IMG/VR virus record: IMGVR_UViG_3300028840_002623
Location: 5,881-69,880 of that record
Origin: a virus
Direction: 5' to 3' (one strand)
DNA length: 64,000 nt
The position numbers were made by a program, and so were the translations under genes. Shown piece after piece: positions 38,299 to 48,083 of the stretch. The notes beneath the pieces were generated by a model. It had not been told where the DNA came from, made no database searches, and was given only the letters and a program-made list of their open reading frames with translations. The stretch's first letter is position 1; every line of letters begins with the position of its first letter.

Positions 38299-39569
38299 TA
38301 CAGATATACCTGCCTCAAATATTTATTTCCCCGAAAGTTGGGTGTCTTCTTTGTCTGTAAGATTTCCCACGCATTCGGATTGTTCTTGGGAACAATAGCG
38401 TCAACGACATCTACCAATTCCCCAAGCCATACAACTCCTTTGATTTCCAAATCCCGGTCAACAATCAACTTGGCACGGGACAATTCCCTTTCCCCAAGTG
38501 GGTTTATGAACTCTTCAATTTCATCGGTCCAACGACAATCAATCTCAACCGGAGTATGCCAGGTGGGCTTTCCGAAATCATCAAGCGTTGAAGGTGCCCA
38601 ATATACACACCTCTGACGCATTGCACGAACCGCTACAGGTACGTTATCATCAGCTGCACCCGGGACATCAGAGGACACCACTATGCTGTATACGTTTGAA
38701 GGCGGTGATTGGTCTAATGTAGGTGAACCTGACCGGGATGCAACCCCGTAAAAACTATATGAGCCTTCACCCAGTCCGGTGATTTGTATATCTCCTGAAC
38801 CAGTCCGGGTTGTACCAAACAAAGTCCAAGTGCCTCCACTGATTTGATAATAGGTATAAATGACGTCCAACGGATTGTCTGCGACATACGTCAATGTTAC
38901 GCTTGTTCCCGTTCCATCATTCACCCCGTTTGTAATTGTCGGTGCATTAGCCGGGATTGGTAATTGGTACTTCCATCTGCCTTGGGTTCCTTGTTTGATT
39001 AATGTGGGATGAATAAGGTCAACAAAATAGTCACCCTCATTATCCGCACTTTGGATTTCAAACTCAAACAGATATTGTCCGGCTTCCAATTCAACCAGCC
39101 CCGGTGTTACACTCCCGGAAATTTCGTCCATATCCGGGTCATACACTCTCACTTCAGAGAAATCCCCAATGACAACCCCGGTTGCGGGTGAGCCATCTAT
39201 TTCCCGGATTATAATTTCAAGTTGGGCACTTTGGTCACCCACATCGCCTTCAATCTGATTGTAAGCCCGAAAAATACAAGTGCGCTTCCGGCTCAACGGG
39301 TCAGTGACAACCAACGTGTATGAACCTTCATCCCCGGTGGAAGGAATGGGAACAGAAAATCTGTAAGCCCCGGTAGCAATTGAGCCATCGTAAAATTCAT
39401 CCATCGTGATTGTCACTGTACCTGTTATGTCCGTACCATCCGGGTCATAGAACACAATTGTAAAATCTCCTATCACATGCCCTGTTTGTCTTGCATACGA
39501 TGCATCTACAACTGTAACATAAGCGTATGCAGTTGTTCCAAGAAGTTCATATGAATAGGATGTTTCCAT
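38298..39569 (-). CDS. Head-closure protein with N-terminal Ig/Fn3-like domains
   Basis: C-terminal VYW...DDFGKP...PVEIDCRW head-closure pattern; about 310 aa beta-rich N-terminus. Confidence 0.6.
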   Translation of the reverse strand: METSYSYELLGTTAYAYVTVVDASYARQTGHVIGDFTIVFYDPDGTDITGTVTITMDEFYDGSIATGAYRFSVPIPSTGDEGSYTLVVTDPLSRKRTCIFRAYNQIEGDVGDQSAQLEIIIREIDGSPATGVVIGDFSEVRVYDPDMDEISGSVTPGLVELEAGQYLFEFEIQSADNEGDYFVDLIHPTLIKQGTQGRWKYQLPIPANAPTITNGVNDGTGTSVTLTYVADNPLDVIYTYYQISGGTWTLFGTTRTGSGDIQITGLGEGSYSFYGVASRSGSPTLDQSPPSNVYSIVVSSDVPGAADDNVPVAVRAMRQRCVYWAPSTLDDFGKPTWHTPVEIDCRWTDEIEEFINPLGERELSRAKLIVDRDLEIKGVVWLGELVDVVDAIVPKNNPNAWEILQTKKTPNFRGNKYLRQVYL

Positions 39570-39571
39570 TT

Positions 39572-40045
39572 TTATTCCTGTTCCTTTTCATCTTCAGGTT
39601 CTGATTCAGGCTCTTCATCCGGGTCAACACCTTCATAGTCATCATCAGAAATGACGCCACTCTGAAGGTCAATCATATCTGGCCATACATTAAGCTGTTT
39701 GCAAAGTTTGTCCCGGAAGTCAACCATTTCTTTATCAATCTTTTTCAAGTCATTGGCTTTCGCTTTATGCTCCCGGAGCACCTCATGTGGAAGCCTATCA
39801 ATGATGTGACCATTTACAACCACACCATCCTTGATTTCGGCTTTGGGGTCAACAATGACTCCGGTCACCCAATTGATTTGGTCCGGGTACAGTCCCAACT
39901 CTTCACATTTCTTTTCTTCCCATTCGGACAGTTCCTCCTGCCACTTGCGGATTTTCTTTTCAAAACTTTTCAGCTTCCAAAAAGCATCACCTCTGATTCT
40001 GCGTTTTTTCTTTTCCACTTTCTCTTTCTTGTCAGCCACGTTCAT
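39572..40045 (-). CDS. Hypothetical protein with internal duplication
   Basis: AGGAG RBS; two C..L...PD.I....GVI units. Confidence 0.65.
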   Translation of the reverse strand: MNVADKKEKVEKKKRRIRGDAFWKLKSFEKKIRKWQEELSEWEEKKCEELGLYPDQINWVTGVIVDPKAEIKDGVVVNGHIIDRLPHEVLREHKAKANDLKKIDKEMVDFRDKLCKQLNVWPDMIDLQSGVISDDDYEGVDPDEEPESEPEDEKEQE

Positions 40046-40066
40046 TCTCCTTTTTCAACAATTCTA

Positions 40067-40348
40067 TTATTCAGGCTCTTCAGGGGCAAGTTTTGTTTCC
40101 AATTCTGCCGATGCTGATTCAACTGTAATAGTTGATTCAGGGTCAGCCTTTTTAATCAACTTGACCATAAGCCTGTTATAAACACTTTTCAAATCAGCGA
40201 GTTCATCGGCAATTTCTTCCTTTTCAAGAGTTGCCTTTTTCCCGGCTGTTGTCAGGAGCCCAACAACCATCTCTTCACTGACCTGTATGCCCTTTGCAAT
40301 AACTGGTCTCTTGATACTTTCTTCAAACTCAAAAACGGATTCAGACAT
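40067..40348 (-). CDS. Hypothetical coiled-coil protein
   Basis: AGGAG RBS; follows the fibre gene. Confidence 0.6.
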   Translation of the reverse strand: MSESVFEFEESIKRPVIAKGIQVSEEMVVGLLTTAGKKATLEKEEIADELADLKSVYNRLMVKLIKKADPESTITVESASAELETKLAPEEPE

Positions 40349-40358
40349 TTAATTTCTC

Positions 40359-43300
40359 CTATTGATAAAGTGAAACTTCATTCAAATATAAATCATGTGC
40401 CGCATTCCCAGCAATTGGGTGATTGAATCTTATTCTCACGTCACCTTCCTCTGAACTATCAACTCCGATATAATCAGACGTGTCCGCACTGGCAAAGCAA
40501 TCGTGGTTTCCAAAGGATGCCCCTGAATTGCTTTCCCCGGATTGCATACAATCTATTTTGTCCCAAGCATCAGTTGTCCAATTATAAATTTCAATATCAA
40601 CGTTATGGGTTGCTGAACCATCATACGTTCCAAGAACCCGAACAAAGTTAAAATTGTCCACATTAATAAAATCTACAATCAACTGAATTCCCGGTGTTCC
40701 TGCCGCTTCATTCACTTGGTAAGTATTTCCATCATTAGCCGTTCTCAAATCTGCAACGGCATCTGAAGATGTTCCATCATTAAGTGTAACCGAATCAGCT
40801 TGGATTTTAGTCCACTCAATCTTTCCATCATCAGTAAAGGTTACATCACCCTGATGCTCAACATCACCACCAAAGAAGTTTGGTATGTCATCCTTTTGGT
40901 AAATCGCATAATCAAAATCAGGTGTTCCCAATTTTTCAATATAAAGCAAGTAAGCAAGCGATGTAGATGCCCGTGTCAAACCCGTTCCCATTTGCCCGGT
41001 TATTTTTGAAACTATTAAATCACCATCCAATGTTCCCGAAAAAGCATAAGCATAATTCCACAAACCAAGTATATCACCACCCACATCCATATTTTGAGAA
41101 ACAGTATAATTGCGAAAGCCTATGAGGTCATTGCCTGCTCTTAATTCTCCGTTTTCAATAAGAGTGGTATTGTACAAACCCGTGCAAGAAGCAAAAGCAT
41201 TTGCTCCCACAGCCCCACTATCTGTAAGTTTTGTTTGTATTCTTACACCTGTAAGGTATGAACCTGAAGTGTGGGTTCCCCCTGTAACTATAAATTCATA
41301 ATCATGAGGATAAATCGCACCCCCGGTATCAGACCAACTCCCTGAAAAATATGTTTTAAAAATCTGGTCAGGAAAATCTCTCCAAGCCGTTGGATTATTT
41401 CCCACATACAACGCTACAGTATCAAAATATGCCGGAGTGTCAATGGTCAAATAATCTCCAGACACTACAAACTGCAAATGGTCAATTTCATAACCTGAAG
41501 AACCAATCATCATTTCATTTGCCTGGGTGGTGGTCGCTGACCTTCCGATTGCAATACTTGAATTGTGAGCAATTACAGTTCCATCACCAATACCAACTGC
41601 ATCTATTCCGGTCATGGTATTGTAACCACCAACGTTTACAGAATTGGCAGTTGCTTCTGAATTTCTTCCAAATGTAATTGCCCTTCCACCTGTTCCTTCT
41701 GCTGACCTTCCAATTATAACGCAAGAGGCATTTGTGTTTCCATCAGCACCAGCCCCAATTACAACTGAATCATTATCTGATACTGCTGAATTTCCAATTA
41801 CAACTACATCACCACCAACCGCCTGTGCGTTGTTTCCAATTATAATTGTATTGCCGGAAGTTGTTGTTATGGAATTTCCAATTGCAATGGCATTTCCTGC
41901 ATCAGTTCCTTCACCAACTATAATTCCACTTCCAAATGAATTTCTTCCAATTATAGTTGCATCACTTCCTGTTGTATATGAACTTTCACCTATTACAACT
42001 GCGTTCCTGTATTCTGAATAAGCACTTGCACCAATAACAGTTTGATGGTCAGCACCAACTGCGTAGGCTTCATATCCTATTACAACTGAATCTTCACCCC
42101 CAGCAGAATTACCAATAAAAGCATTATACCCAATTACAATTCCACGGTCATCATCTACAATGGCTCCATGACCAATAGCAATTGAACCTGTAAATTCTAC
42201 AATGGCACTATACCCAATAGCAACACCATAATTTACATTCGCATCCGCATCTCTTCCAATAGCCACAGCTCTGTAAGAAGCAATCGCACTTCTACCAACA
42301 ATTACAGCATCTCCATTTGTTGAGGAAGCGTCTTGACCTATCACAACACAACTGATAGAAGCAGAAGCGGAATCACCAATTGCTATTCCACCAGAATTAG
42401 TTACAATTGCCCCACCCCCAATTGCTATTGAACTTGAACTTTGAACATCACAATTCCTACCAATAGCAATTGAATTTGAAGCACCTGTTCCTGATACCTG
42501 AGCACCTGCTCCCACTACTACATTATAAAAAGATAAAGCAGTAGCATTATAACCTATAACAACCGATTCACTTTGTCCTGTTGCTTGTGGTGCTGAAGCC
42601 CCATTTCCTATTACAACTGAATTAGATTGTGCACTTGAAGCACCTGCTCCTATTACTTCTGAATTACTTCCTGAACCTGTAGGTTGAAAACTGAATAAAG
42701 TTTGTACTGTCAATTCGGTTCCTGAAATTGTAAAATTCAAATAATCAATTTCATAAGAAGTGCCACCAACCATCATTTCATTTACTTGGGTAACAGTCGC
42801 ACCCCTTCCAAGAGCAATAGCAGTTCCACCGACAGTTGCATCTGCTTCAACTCCAATCGCCATGCCGGAAGTTGAACTTGCAGATGAATTATAACCAACC
42901 GCCATACCATAATCATTTCCCGCACTGGCGTTCGCACCAATTGCCATTGACCTGTTTCCGGTTCCACTGGCATTATATCCAATTATTACTCCATACCTTC
43001 TTGTATATGAAGCACCAGAACCTATTACAACTGAACCCGGTTCATTAAGAGTTATACCATCCCCAATTGCAATTCCACTTGTTGCTCCCGAATTTGAAGT
43101 TGAACCCAAACCAATTACAATTGAAGTATTTCCCGAACCTTCCGAACCACTACCAATGACGATTGCTTCATCACCATAAACACTTGCTTGATATCCTATA
43201 GCAACACAATTATCAGCACCCAAAGAATTACCCACTTCAACTTCAAAACCAATCCCAATAGAATTGTCACCTTGAAGCGTGGCATCTTCCCCAAAAATAA

Positions 43301-45269
43301 TTCCATAAGAACCAAGAGCAGTAATATTATGTCCAATTATATATGTATCTATTTCACCAAGATTTGTAGATGAATTTCCTATTACCAAACCTGAGTTTGT
43401 TCCCACGGCTGTATTTCCAATTGCTATTGTTCCACTTCCGATAGCATTGCTTCCAATCGCAATCCCGGAAGATGAATTGGCACTTGTTCCTATAGATGTC
43501 CCAGCTGTCCCCACAACGGCTGAATGACCAATAGCAACTCCGGTCTGATTCACTGAAGCCCCATACCCGATTGCTACTGAGTTGTTAAAAGAAATTGAAG
43601 CCCCGGTTCCAATAAGAACAGAAGAGTTTGCGGTGCCAGTTATACTGGAGCCAAGGACTACAGTATTTGTTCCAGTTGAACTTGAACCTGCTCCGATAAC
43701 TTCTGAGCCTGCTCCTGAACCTGAGGGCTGAAAACTAAAAAGAGTTTGAACAATAGTTTCTGTTCCACTGTTTATTATACTCAAATAATCTATTTCATAA
43801 CTTGTGGCTCCAATAACCATTTCATTCGCTTGGGTAGTATCTGCGTGTCTTCCAAGTGCTATTGAAGAATCATAATTGCTGATTGCCCCTGCTCCAATTA
43901 CAGTTGTATTGGTTGCGTTTGCATCCGCACTAAATCCCAAGGCAACTGTATAGTTAGCAGTACATTGTGCCTGCCATCCAAGTGTTACAGAATAAGAACC
44001 TGTGACTGTGATTCCTGTTCCCATTGCCACTGAGTTCAATACGGAAATAGTACCAATAGAACCTTGCCCAACCAAAACTGTTCCACCACCTGTTACAGTA
44101 CCAGCACCAATTGAAATATTGGTGGGATTACTTACAGAAATTCCATCACCAATTGCTATCCCTGCATTTGCCGTTGCATTATATCCAATAGCAATTCCAT
44201 CATTGCCTGTAACTCTTGCCCCGTTACCTACGGCAACCCCATCTTCAGCCGTGGCACTTGCCCCACTTCCGAATGCTTCTGAATTTGTTCCTGTTCCTGT
44301 TGGGCGTGCGGATATATTTGTATCAGTGAAAACTATTTCGCCTGTTGTATAATCAAAAACAATTCTATCACCGGAATCACTTTCACCAATATAAGCCCCA
44401 TCAACCAAAATCATATAAGCCCGATTGACCCAAGCATTGGCTCCAGAATCCCATTGAAGAATATCATTGTCAGCAAGAAGCGAATCAAAATCACCTTCAA
44501 CAGGTTGTCCAGTCATTGAACCCAAATAACCCCACTGAGCATTTGAAATCGTGACTGAATCTATATTTTGTAACTGTTGTATTTCAGCGTCAGTAAGTGA
44601 CTTCAATTCTGTGCTCAGCGAAAGATTTCCAAGAGCAGTATCAACATCAGCCAAATCAGAAAGGTTATTTGAAGCAACTAAATATCCGGCAAGAGCGTGG
44701 TCACCCCATCCGTATGCGGTATTCCAATTTGAAATATCAGTGGAAGTTATAACAGCGAAATCCTCAACACTCCAATCACCCCATCCGTATGCGGTATTCC
44801 AATTTGAAATATCCGTTGAAGTTATGGAAGCGAAATCTTCAACACTCCAATCACCCCACCCATAAGCCGTATTCCAATTTGAAATATCGGTGGAAGTTAT
44901 GACAGCGAAATCCTGCGTGCTCCAATCACCCCAACTGTAAGCCGTGTTCCAATTGCTAATATCTCCTGCCGCAATTCCGAATGCCGGGTGAGCCGTGAAT
45001 ATTGGGTCTGTTTCGGTTTCAACGGGCTGGCCAGACATTGCTCCCAAATATCCCCATTGTGAGTTTGAAATCGTGACTGAATCTATATTTTGAACTTGCT
45101 GTATTTCTGCATCGTCAAGACCCAACAGCTGAGAAGGTAATGGAGCAAGAGTGTCCAACGCTTTCTGAACTGTCGTGTCATTGGAATCAAGTATGCCACT
45201 GGTCCATCCCGACACATCCGCTAAAATATCAGATGCAAACAAGACTGAAGGGTTCATTACAGGGCTCAT
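40359..45269 (-). CDS. Large fibre/adhesin with YadA-head-like repeats
   Basis: 1636 aa; dozens of about 14-aa (S/A)IAIG..A repeats; N-terminal tandem repeats. Confidence 0.85.
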   Translation of the reverse strand: MSPVMNPSVLFASDILADVSGWTSGILDSNDTTVQKALDTLAPLPSQLLGLDDAEIQQVQNIDSVTISNSQWGYLGAMSGQPVETETDPIFTAHPAFGIAAGDISNWNTAYSWGDWSTQDFAVITSTDISNWNTAYGWGDWSVEDFASITSTDISNWNTAYGWGDWSVEDFAVITSTDISNWNTAYGWGDHALAGYLVASNNLSDLADVDTALGNLSLSTELKSLTDAEIQQLQNIDSVTISNAQWGYLGSMTGQPVEGDFDSLLADNDILQWDSGANAWVNRAYMILVDGAYIGESDSGDRIVFDYTTGEIVFTDTNISARPTGTGTNSEAFGSGASATAEDGVAVGNGARVTGNDGIAIGYNATANAGIAIGDGISVSNPTNISIGAGTVTGGGTVLVGQGSIGTISVLNSVAMGTGITVTGSYSVTLGWQAQCTANYTVALGFSADANATNTTVIGAGAISNYDSSIALGRHADTTQANEMVIGATSYEIDYLSIINSGTETIVQTLFSFQPSGSGAGSEVIGAGSSSTGTNTVVLGSSITGTANSSVLIGTGASISFNNSVAIGYGASVNQTGVAIGHSAVVGTAGTSIGTSANSSSGIAIGSNAIGSGTIAIGNTAVGTNSGLVIGNSSTNLGEIDTYIIGHNITALGSYGIIFGEDATLQGDNSIGIGFEVEVGNSLGADNCVAIGYQASVYGDEAIVIGSGSEGSGNTSIVIGLGSTSNSGATSGIAIGDGITLNEPGSVVIGSGASYTRRYGVIIGYNASGTGNRSMAIGANASAGNDYGMAVGYNSSASSTSGMAIGVEADATVGGTAIALGRGATVTQVNEMMVGGTSYEIDYLNFTISGTELTVQTLFSFQPTGSGSNSEVIGAGASSAQSNSVVIGNGASAPQATGQSESVVIGYNATALSFYNVVVGAGAQVSGTGASNSIAIGRNCDVQSSSSIAIGGGAIVTNSGGIAIGDSASASISCVVIGQDASSTNGDAVIVGRSAIASYRAVAIGRDADANVNYGVAIGYSAIVEFTGSIAIGHGAIVDDDRGIVIGYNAFIGNSAGGEDSVVIGYEAYAVGADHQTVIGASAYSEYRNAVVIGESSYTTGSDATIIGRNSFGSGIIVGEGTDAGNAIAIGNSITTTSGNTIIIGNNAQAVGGDVVVIGNSAVSDNDSVVIGAGADGNTNASCVIIGRSAEGTGGRAITFGRNSEATANSVNVGGYNTMTGIDAVGIGDGTVIAHNSSIAIGRSATTTQANEMMIGSSGYEIDHLQFVVSGDYLTIDTPAYFDTVALYVGNNPTAWRDFPDQIFKTYFSGSWSDTGGAIYPHDYEFIVTGGTHTSGSYLTGVRIQTKLTDSGAVGANAFASCTGLYNTTLIENGELRAGNDLIGFRNYTVSQNMDVGGDILGLWNYAYAFSGTLDGDLIVSKITGQMGTGLTRASTSLAYLLYIEKLGTPDFDYAIYQKDDIPNFFGGDVEHQGDVTFTDDGKIEWTKIQADSVTLNDGTSSDAVADLRTANDGNTYQVNEAAGTPGIQLIVDFINVDNFNFVRVLGTYDGSATHNVDIEIYNWTTDAWDKIDCMQSGESNSGASFGNHDCFASADTSDYIGVDSSEEGDVRIRFNHPIAGNAAHDLYLNEVSLYQ
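44701..44963 (-). repeat. 75-bp tandem repeat (4 copies) encoding DISNWNTAYGWGD units
   Basis: TCACCCCA..GTATTCCAATTTGAAATATC-like units start at 44701, 44776, 44851, 44926. Confidence 0.85.
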
Positions 45270-45278
45270 ATTTTGTCC

Positions 45279-45653
45279 TTACAATACACCATTTGACTTC
45301 AGCCACGAAATCAGACCAAGACCAAACAACATCAGTATCCATGGTCCCCATGAAATGATAAATCTAATAGCAACATCACCCCAATCTCTTTTTCCGTTTT
45401 CATTTTTCTTTATTCCGTTTGTTCTGGGTTTTACCGATGCTGCACCTTCCATAAATGCAAACTTTTTATCAATGTTACCTATTGCACCCATTACAGTCTG
45501 ATGCTGGGTGTCCATTTTGCTTTCCATTTTTTCTCTCTGGTCATCTATCTTGTCAAAGATTTCCTTTTGACATTTTTCTCTCAACTCAGAGCATCCACGA
45601 ACACTCTGTGATTCGGGTTTTACTCCCGGGTGCAGTCCTGAACCTTCACTCAT
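45279..45653 (-). CDS. Membrane protein, holin-like
   Basis: Coiled coil followed by C-terminal hydrophobic helix. Confidence 0.5.
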   Translation of the reverse strand: MSEGSGLHPGVKPESQSVRGCSELREKCQKEIFDKIDDQREKMESKMDTQHQTVMGAIGNIDKKFAFMEGAASVKPRTNGIKKNENGKRDWGDVAIRFIISWGPWILMLFGLGLISWLKSNGVL

Positions 45654-45656
45654 TCA

Positions 45657-46070
45657 TTATTCCTCATCACTTGTATAATCTTCACCCATCCAAACAATGC
45701 TGACAGTCTTGCTTTCACCGTCAATTATTCGTTTGTTAAGTTGGGCAAGATTTCCTGCTGTGTCAAGAACCATCGCCTGTTGTCCATACTTTGTTACGTT
45801 CAAAGCCAATTCAACCTTGTACTGATAACTCACGGCAACATCTCCGGCTTTTTCATTGGCCACCTGTTGGTCATCTATATGGTAAAAATGAGCCGACAAC
45901 CAACGCTCAATTTCTGTCAAGCGTTCATCATCATAATCCGAATCAGTACAAAGTTCAGTAACAAGCTGATTGGCCACCTCAATAAATGGGTCCAATTCAA
46001 TCGTGTCATCGTATTGGATTATTGCTTCAACTTCCGCAGGAGTAACACGCCAATTGCTTTCAGCCATCAT
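45657..46070 (-). CDS. Head-tail adaptor
   Basis: IERWLSAHF and L..TKYGQ; downstream of capsid genes. Confidence 0.75.
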   Translation of the reverse strand: MMAESNWRVTPAEVEAIIQYDDTIELDPFIEVANQLVTELCTDSDYDDERLTEIERWLSAHFYHIDDQQVANEKAGDVAVSYQYKVELALNVTKYGQQAMVLDTAGNLAQLNKRIIDGESKTVSIVWMGEDYTSDEE

Positions 46071-46341
46071 CTTCCTCTTTCAAAACATCCTCTGGTTTAG
46101 AACCTTTGTACAATCCACCGGGATGAAGGACACCCCATCCGATGTCCTCCCATTCTCCTGTTTCCGGGTTTTTCCTTGCACAACGGGCTTTCACTGGTTC
46201 CAAAAGCCGGAGTGCGGGAGCATCTTTCAACTCTATGAAGTAAAATTTTTTCTCCTTGATAGCAACGGGTTGCAAAAAGCAACCATTACCAATCAGAAGC
46301 AGAGAAATAATCGTCAGGATTATCATATGTCGCATTGACAT
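46060..46341 (-). CDS. Lipoprotein, possible o-spanin
   Basis: Signal peptide ending in lipobox LIGNGC. Confidence 0.5.
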   Translation of the reverse strand: MSMRHMIILTIISLLLIGNGCFLQPVAIKEKKFYFIELKDAPALRLLEPVKARCARKNPETGEWEDIGWGVLHPGGLYKGSKPEDVLKEEDDG

Positions 46342-46423
46342 CTATGTACTCCTTTTTTTCTTCAATAGGATTATCCATGAGCACCCGGAAAAATTCCGCA
46401 ATGAGTTTTATCAACCAACTCAT
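46286..46423 (-). CDS. Small protein (45 aa)
   Basis: MSWLIKLIAEFFRVLM...; ATGA overlap with upstream gene. Confidence 0.4.
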   Translation of the reverse strand: MSWLIKLIAEFFRVLMDNPIEEKKEYIDVNATYDNPDDYFSASDW

Positions 46424-46887
46424 TTGCTTTCCAAGTTTCCATTCGCCTCAGCCGATGAATGCACGGCAGAAATAGCCGTTTTCAAATCACCATCGGCAAC
46501 CACTTTCAATTTCGGTTCAATCTCAATAAGGTATTTCAGGGCTTCATCAAGCCTTGCCAGACCTTTGTTTTCAGTACTGTCTGGGATTTTCTTCTCAGCA
46601 GTTTTTATGGCTCTCATAATAGATGGACCATACTTCAGTACCAGTGCTTTCCATTTCGGCTTTGAGGTGAATATCTTACCCAATATGAAGGAAAGAATAA
46701 ACACGACTATGGAAACACCTATATTTGAGTTTAGAAAGCCCCAAATAGAGAAGCCATCGGAAGGGGTGGCAACTGCCTCTCCGGCTGAATCTGCCACCAC
46801 TTCTGCTGCAGGAAGTGTGTCGTCTGCCAGAACGAACACCGTGAAAAGGCTCAGAATGAATACGAAAACAAAAAGATACTTCCTCAT
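46420..46887 (-). CDS. Membrane protein, holin-like
   Basis: Signal peptide plus TM helix; AIKTAEK..PD....KG..RLDEAL. Confidence 0.6.
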   Translation of the reverse strand: MRKYLFVFVFILSLFTVFVLADDTLPAAEVVADSAGEAVATPSDGFSIWGFLNSNIGVSIVVFILSFILGKIFTSKPKWKALVLKYGPSIMRAIKTAEKKIPDSTENKGLARLDEALKYLIEIEPKLKVVADGDLKTAISAVHSSAEANGNLESK

Positions 46888-47537
46888 GTCACAAACTCCT
46901 TCAAAAAATGTTCCTTCAAACTTTGTTTCGGAAAATCTTTCAATGCGCTTGTACCATCCTCCAAATTGATGACTTCGTGACCCGGAAATAGTTTGTGCAA
47001 ATCACGGGTCACGAAAGTCATACCACGGAGAAATCTTTCATATGAACGGGAGTTTGGTTTGTCGCTGTAAGCGTTGTGAAAGTTTTTCTCACCTTTCGGG
47101 GACAACTGCATATCATACCCCAAAAGGAATATTGGATTGGCTCTAAAAATAAGAGCAAGGTTGATAGCACAGGCACCTGTACTTGAATTCCAACCCAAGC
47201 CGTCAGTCCCAAGCCCCCTGTTATATTTTTTCATCACCTTTAAATATTCCGGGGGGTCAAAACGCTTGAGCGAGTTTGAGTTGGATATTACCTGTCCACC
47301 TTCCTGAACGTAATCATCCAGAGCGACACGATGTTGTTTAAAAAATACACCGTCACCGAAAACAGTAATTGGAACAATGTCAGCACCCAGATAGAATGCC
47401 GCATTACATCCAAGGATATTTCTGCCCCGGAGTTTGTTCCAATCAAAGCCTTCCAAAGATGGACCACCTCCAATTATGTAACAGGGTTCATCCTGCCAAA
47501 TGGGGTGGTCTGGTAACCAATAGGTGCCATCGTTCAC
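46884..47537 (-). CDS. Maf/DUF115-like glycosyltransferase
   Basis: CYIIGGGPSL, LGCN, SSTG..AINLA, IFLLGYDM. Confidence 0.7.
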   Translation of the reverse strand: MNDGTYWLPDHPIWQDEPCYIIGGGPSLEGFDWNKLRGRNILGCNAAFYLGADIVPITVFGDGVFFKQHRVALDDYVQEGGQVISNSNSLKRFDPPEYLKVMKKYNRGLGTDGLGWNSSTGACAINLALIFRANPIFLLGYDMQLSPKGEKNFHNAYSDKPNSRSYERFLRGMTFVTRDLHKLFPGHEVINLEDGTSALKDFPKQSLKEHFLKEFVT

Positions 47538-47541
47538 TTGT

Positions 47542-47991
47542 TTAGCCTTTCAAATACTTTTTGATGTAGGCTTCAACTTTGTCTTTCTTGAGACCTTTTT
47601 TATTAAGTGCAGTGAACGGGTCATCAGCCTCAGTGACATAATAACCTTTCCCCCTTGCATAGAACACGCTCAGGTCATTCTCTCCAGCAAGCGGAAATTT
47701 GTCTGTGGCATCTTTTCCTAATGGTTCCGGCTCTTCATCCGGTTCATCCTCATCCTCTTCAGGTTCATCCGGGATTTCTTCTTCAGGGATTTCTTCTTCA
47801 GGGATTTCTTCCTCTGGTACTTCCTGAACAGGGGCTTTTGTCTGAACACGAACAAACTTGTCCGGAAATTTGGCTGCAAGGTCAACATTTGATTTAATGA
47901 CCTTGCCTTCTTTCGCTCTGTAGATGGTTACATTTCCATCTGCATCTGTTTCAGCGTGATTTCCCACGCCTTCTTTTAATTTGAAATACAT
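47542..47991 (-). CDS. Hypothetical head-associated protein with acidic EEIPE linker
   Basis: AAGGAG RBS; follows capsid gene; 15-bp repeats. Confidence 0.65.
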   Translation of the reverse strand: MYFKLKEGVGNHAETDADGNVTIYRAKEGKVIKSNVDLAAKFPDKFVRVQTKAPVQEVPEEEIPEEEIPEEEIPDEPEEDEDEPDEEPEPLGKDATDKFPLAGENDLSVFYARGKGYYVTEADDPFTALNKKGLKKDKVEAYIKKYLKG

Positions 47992-48043
47992 TCAATTTCT
48001 CCTTCCCAAGAGATACAAAAAAGTTCCAGCCACAAAACCATCA

Positions 48044-48076
48044 CCGGGGGGAAAACAGCCCCCCCCGGCTCTGGTT
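48044..48076 (-). terminator. GC-rich hairpin after the major capsid gene
   Basis: CCGGGGGG / CCCCCCGG inverted repeat; T-tract weak. Confidence 0.55.
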
Positions 48077-48083
48077 GCTCTTT

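Noticed and set aside
40359-41400. Diversity-generating retroelement target in the fibre C-terminus
   Set aside because: No reverse transcriptase and no adenine-variant template repeat noticed in the window
44701-44963. CRISPR-like periodic repeats
   Set aside because: In-frame 75-bp coding repeats without unique spacers; no cas genes
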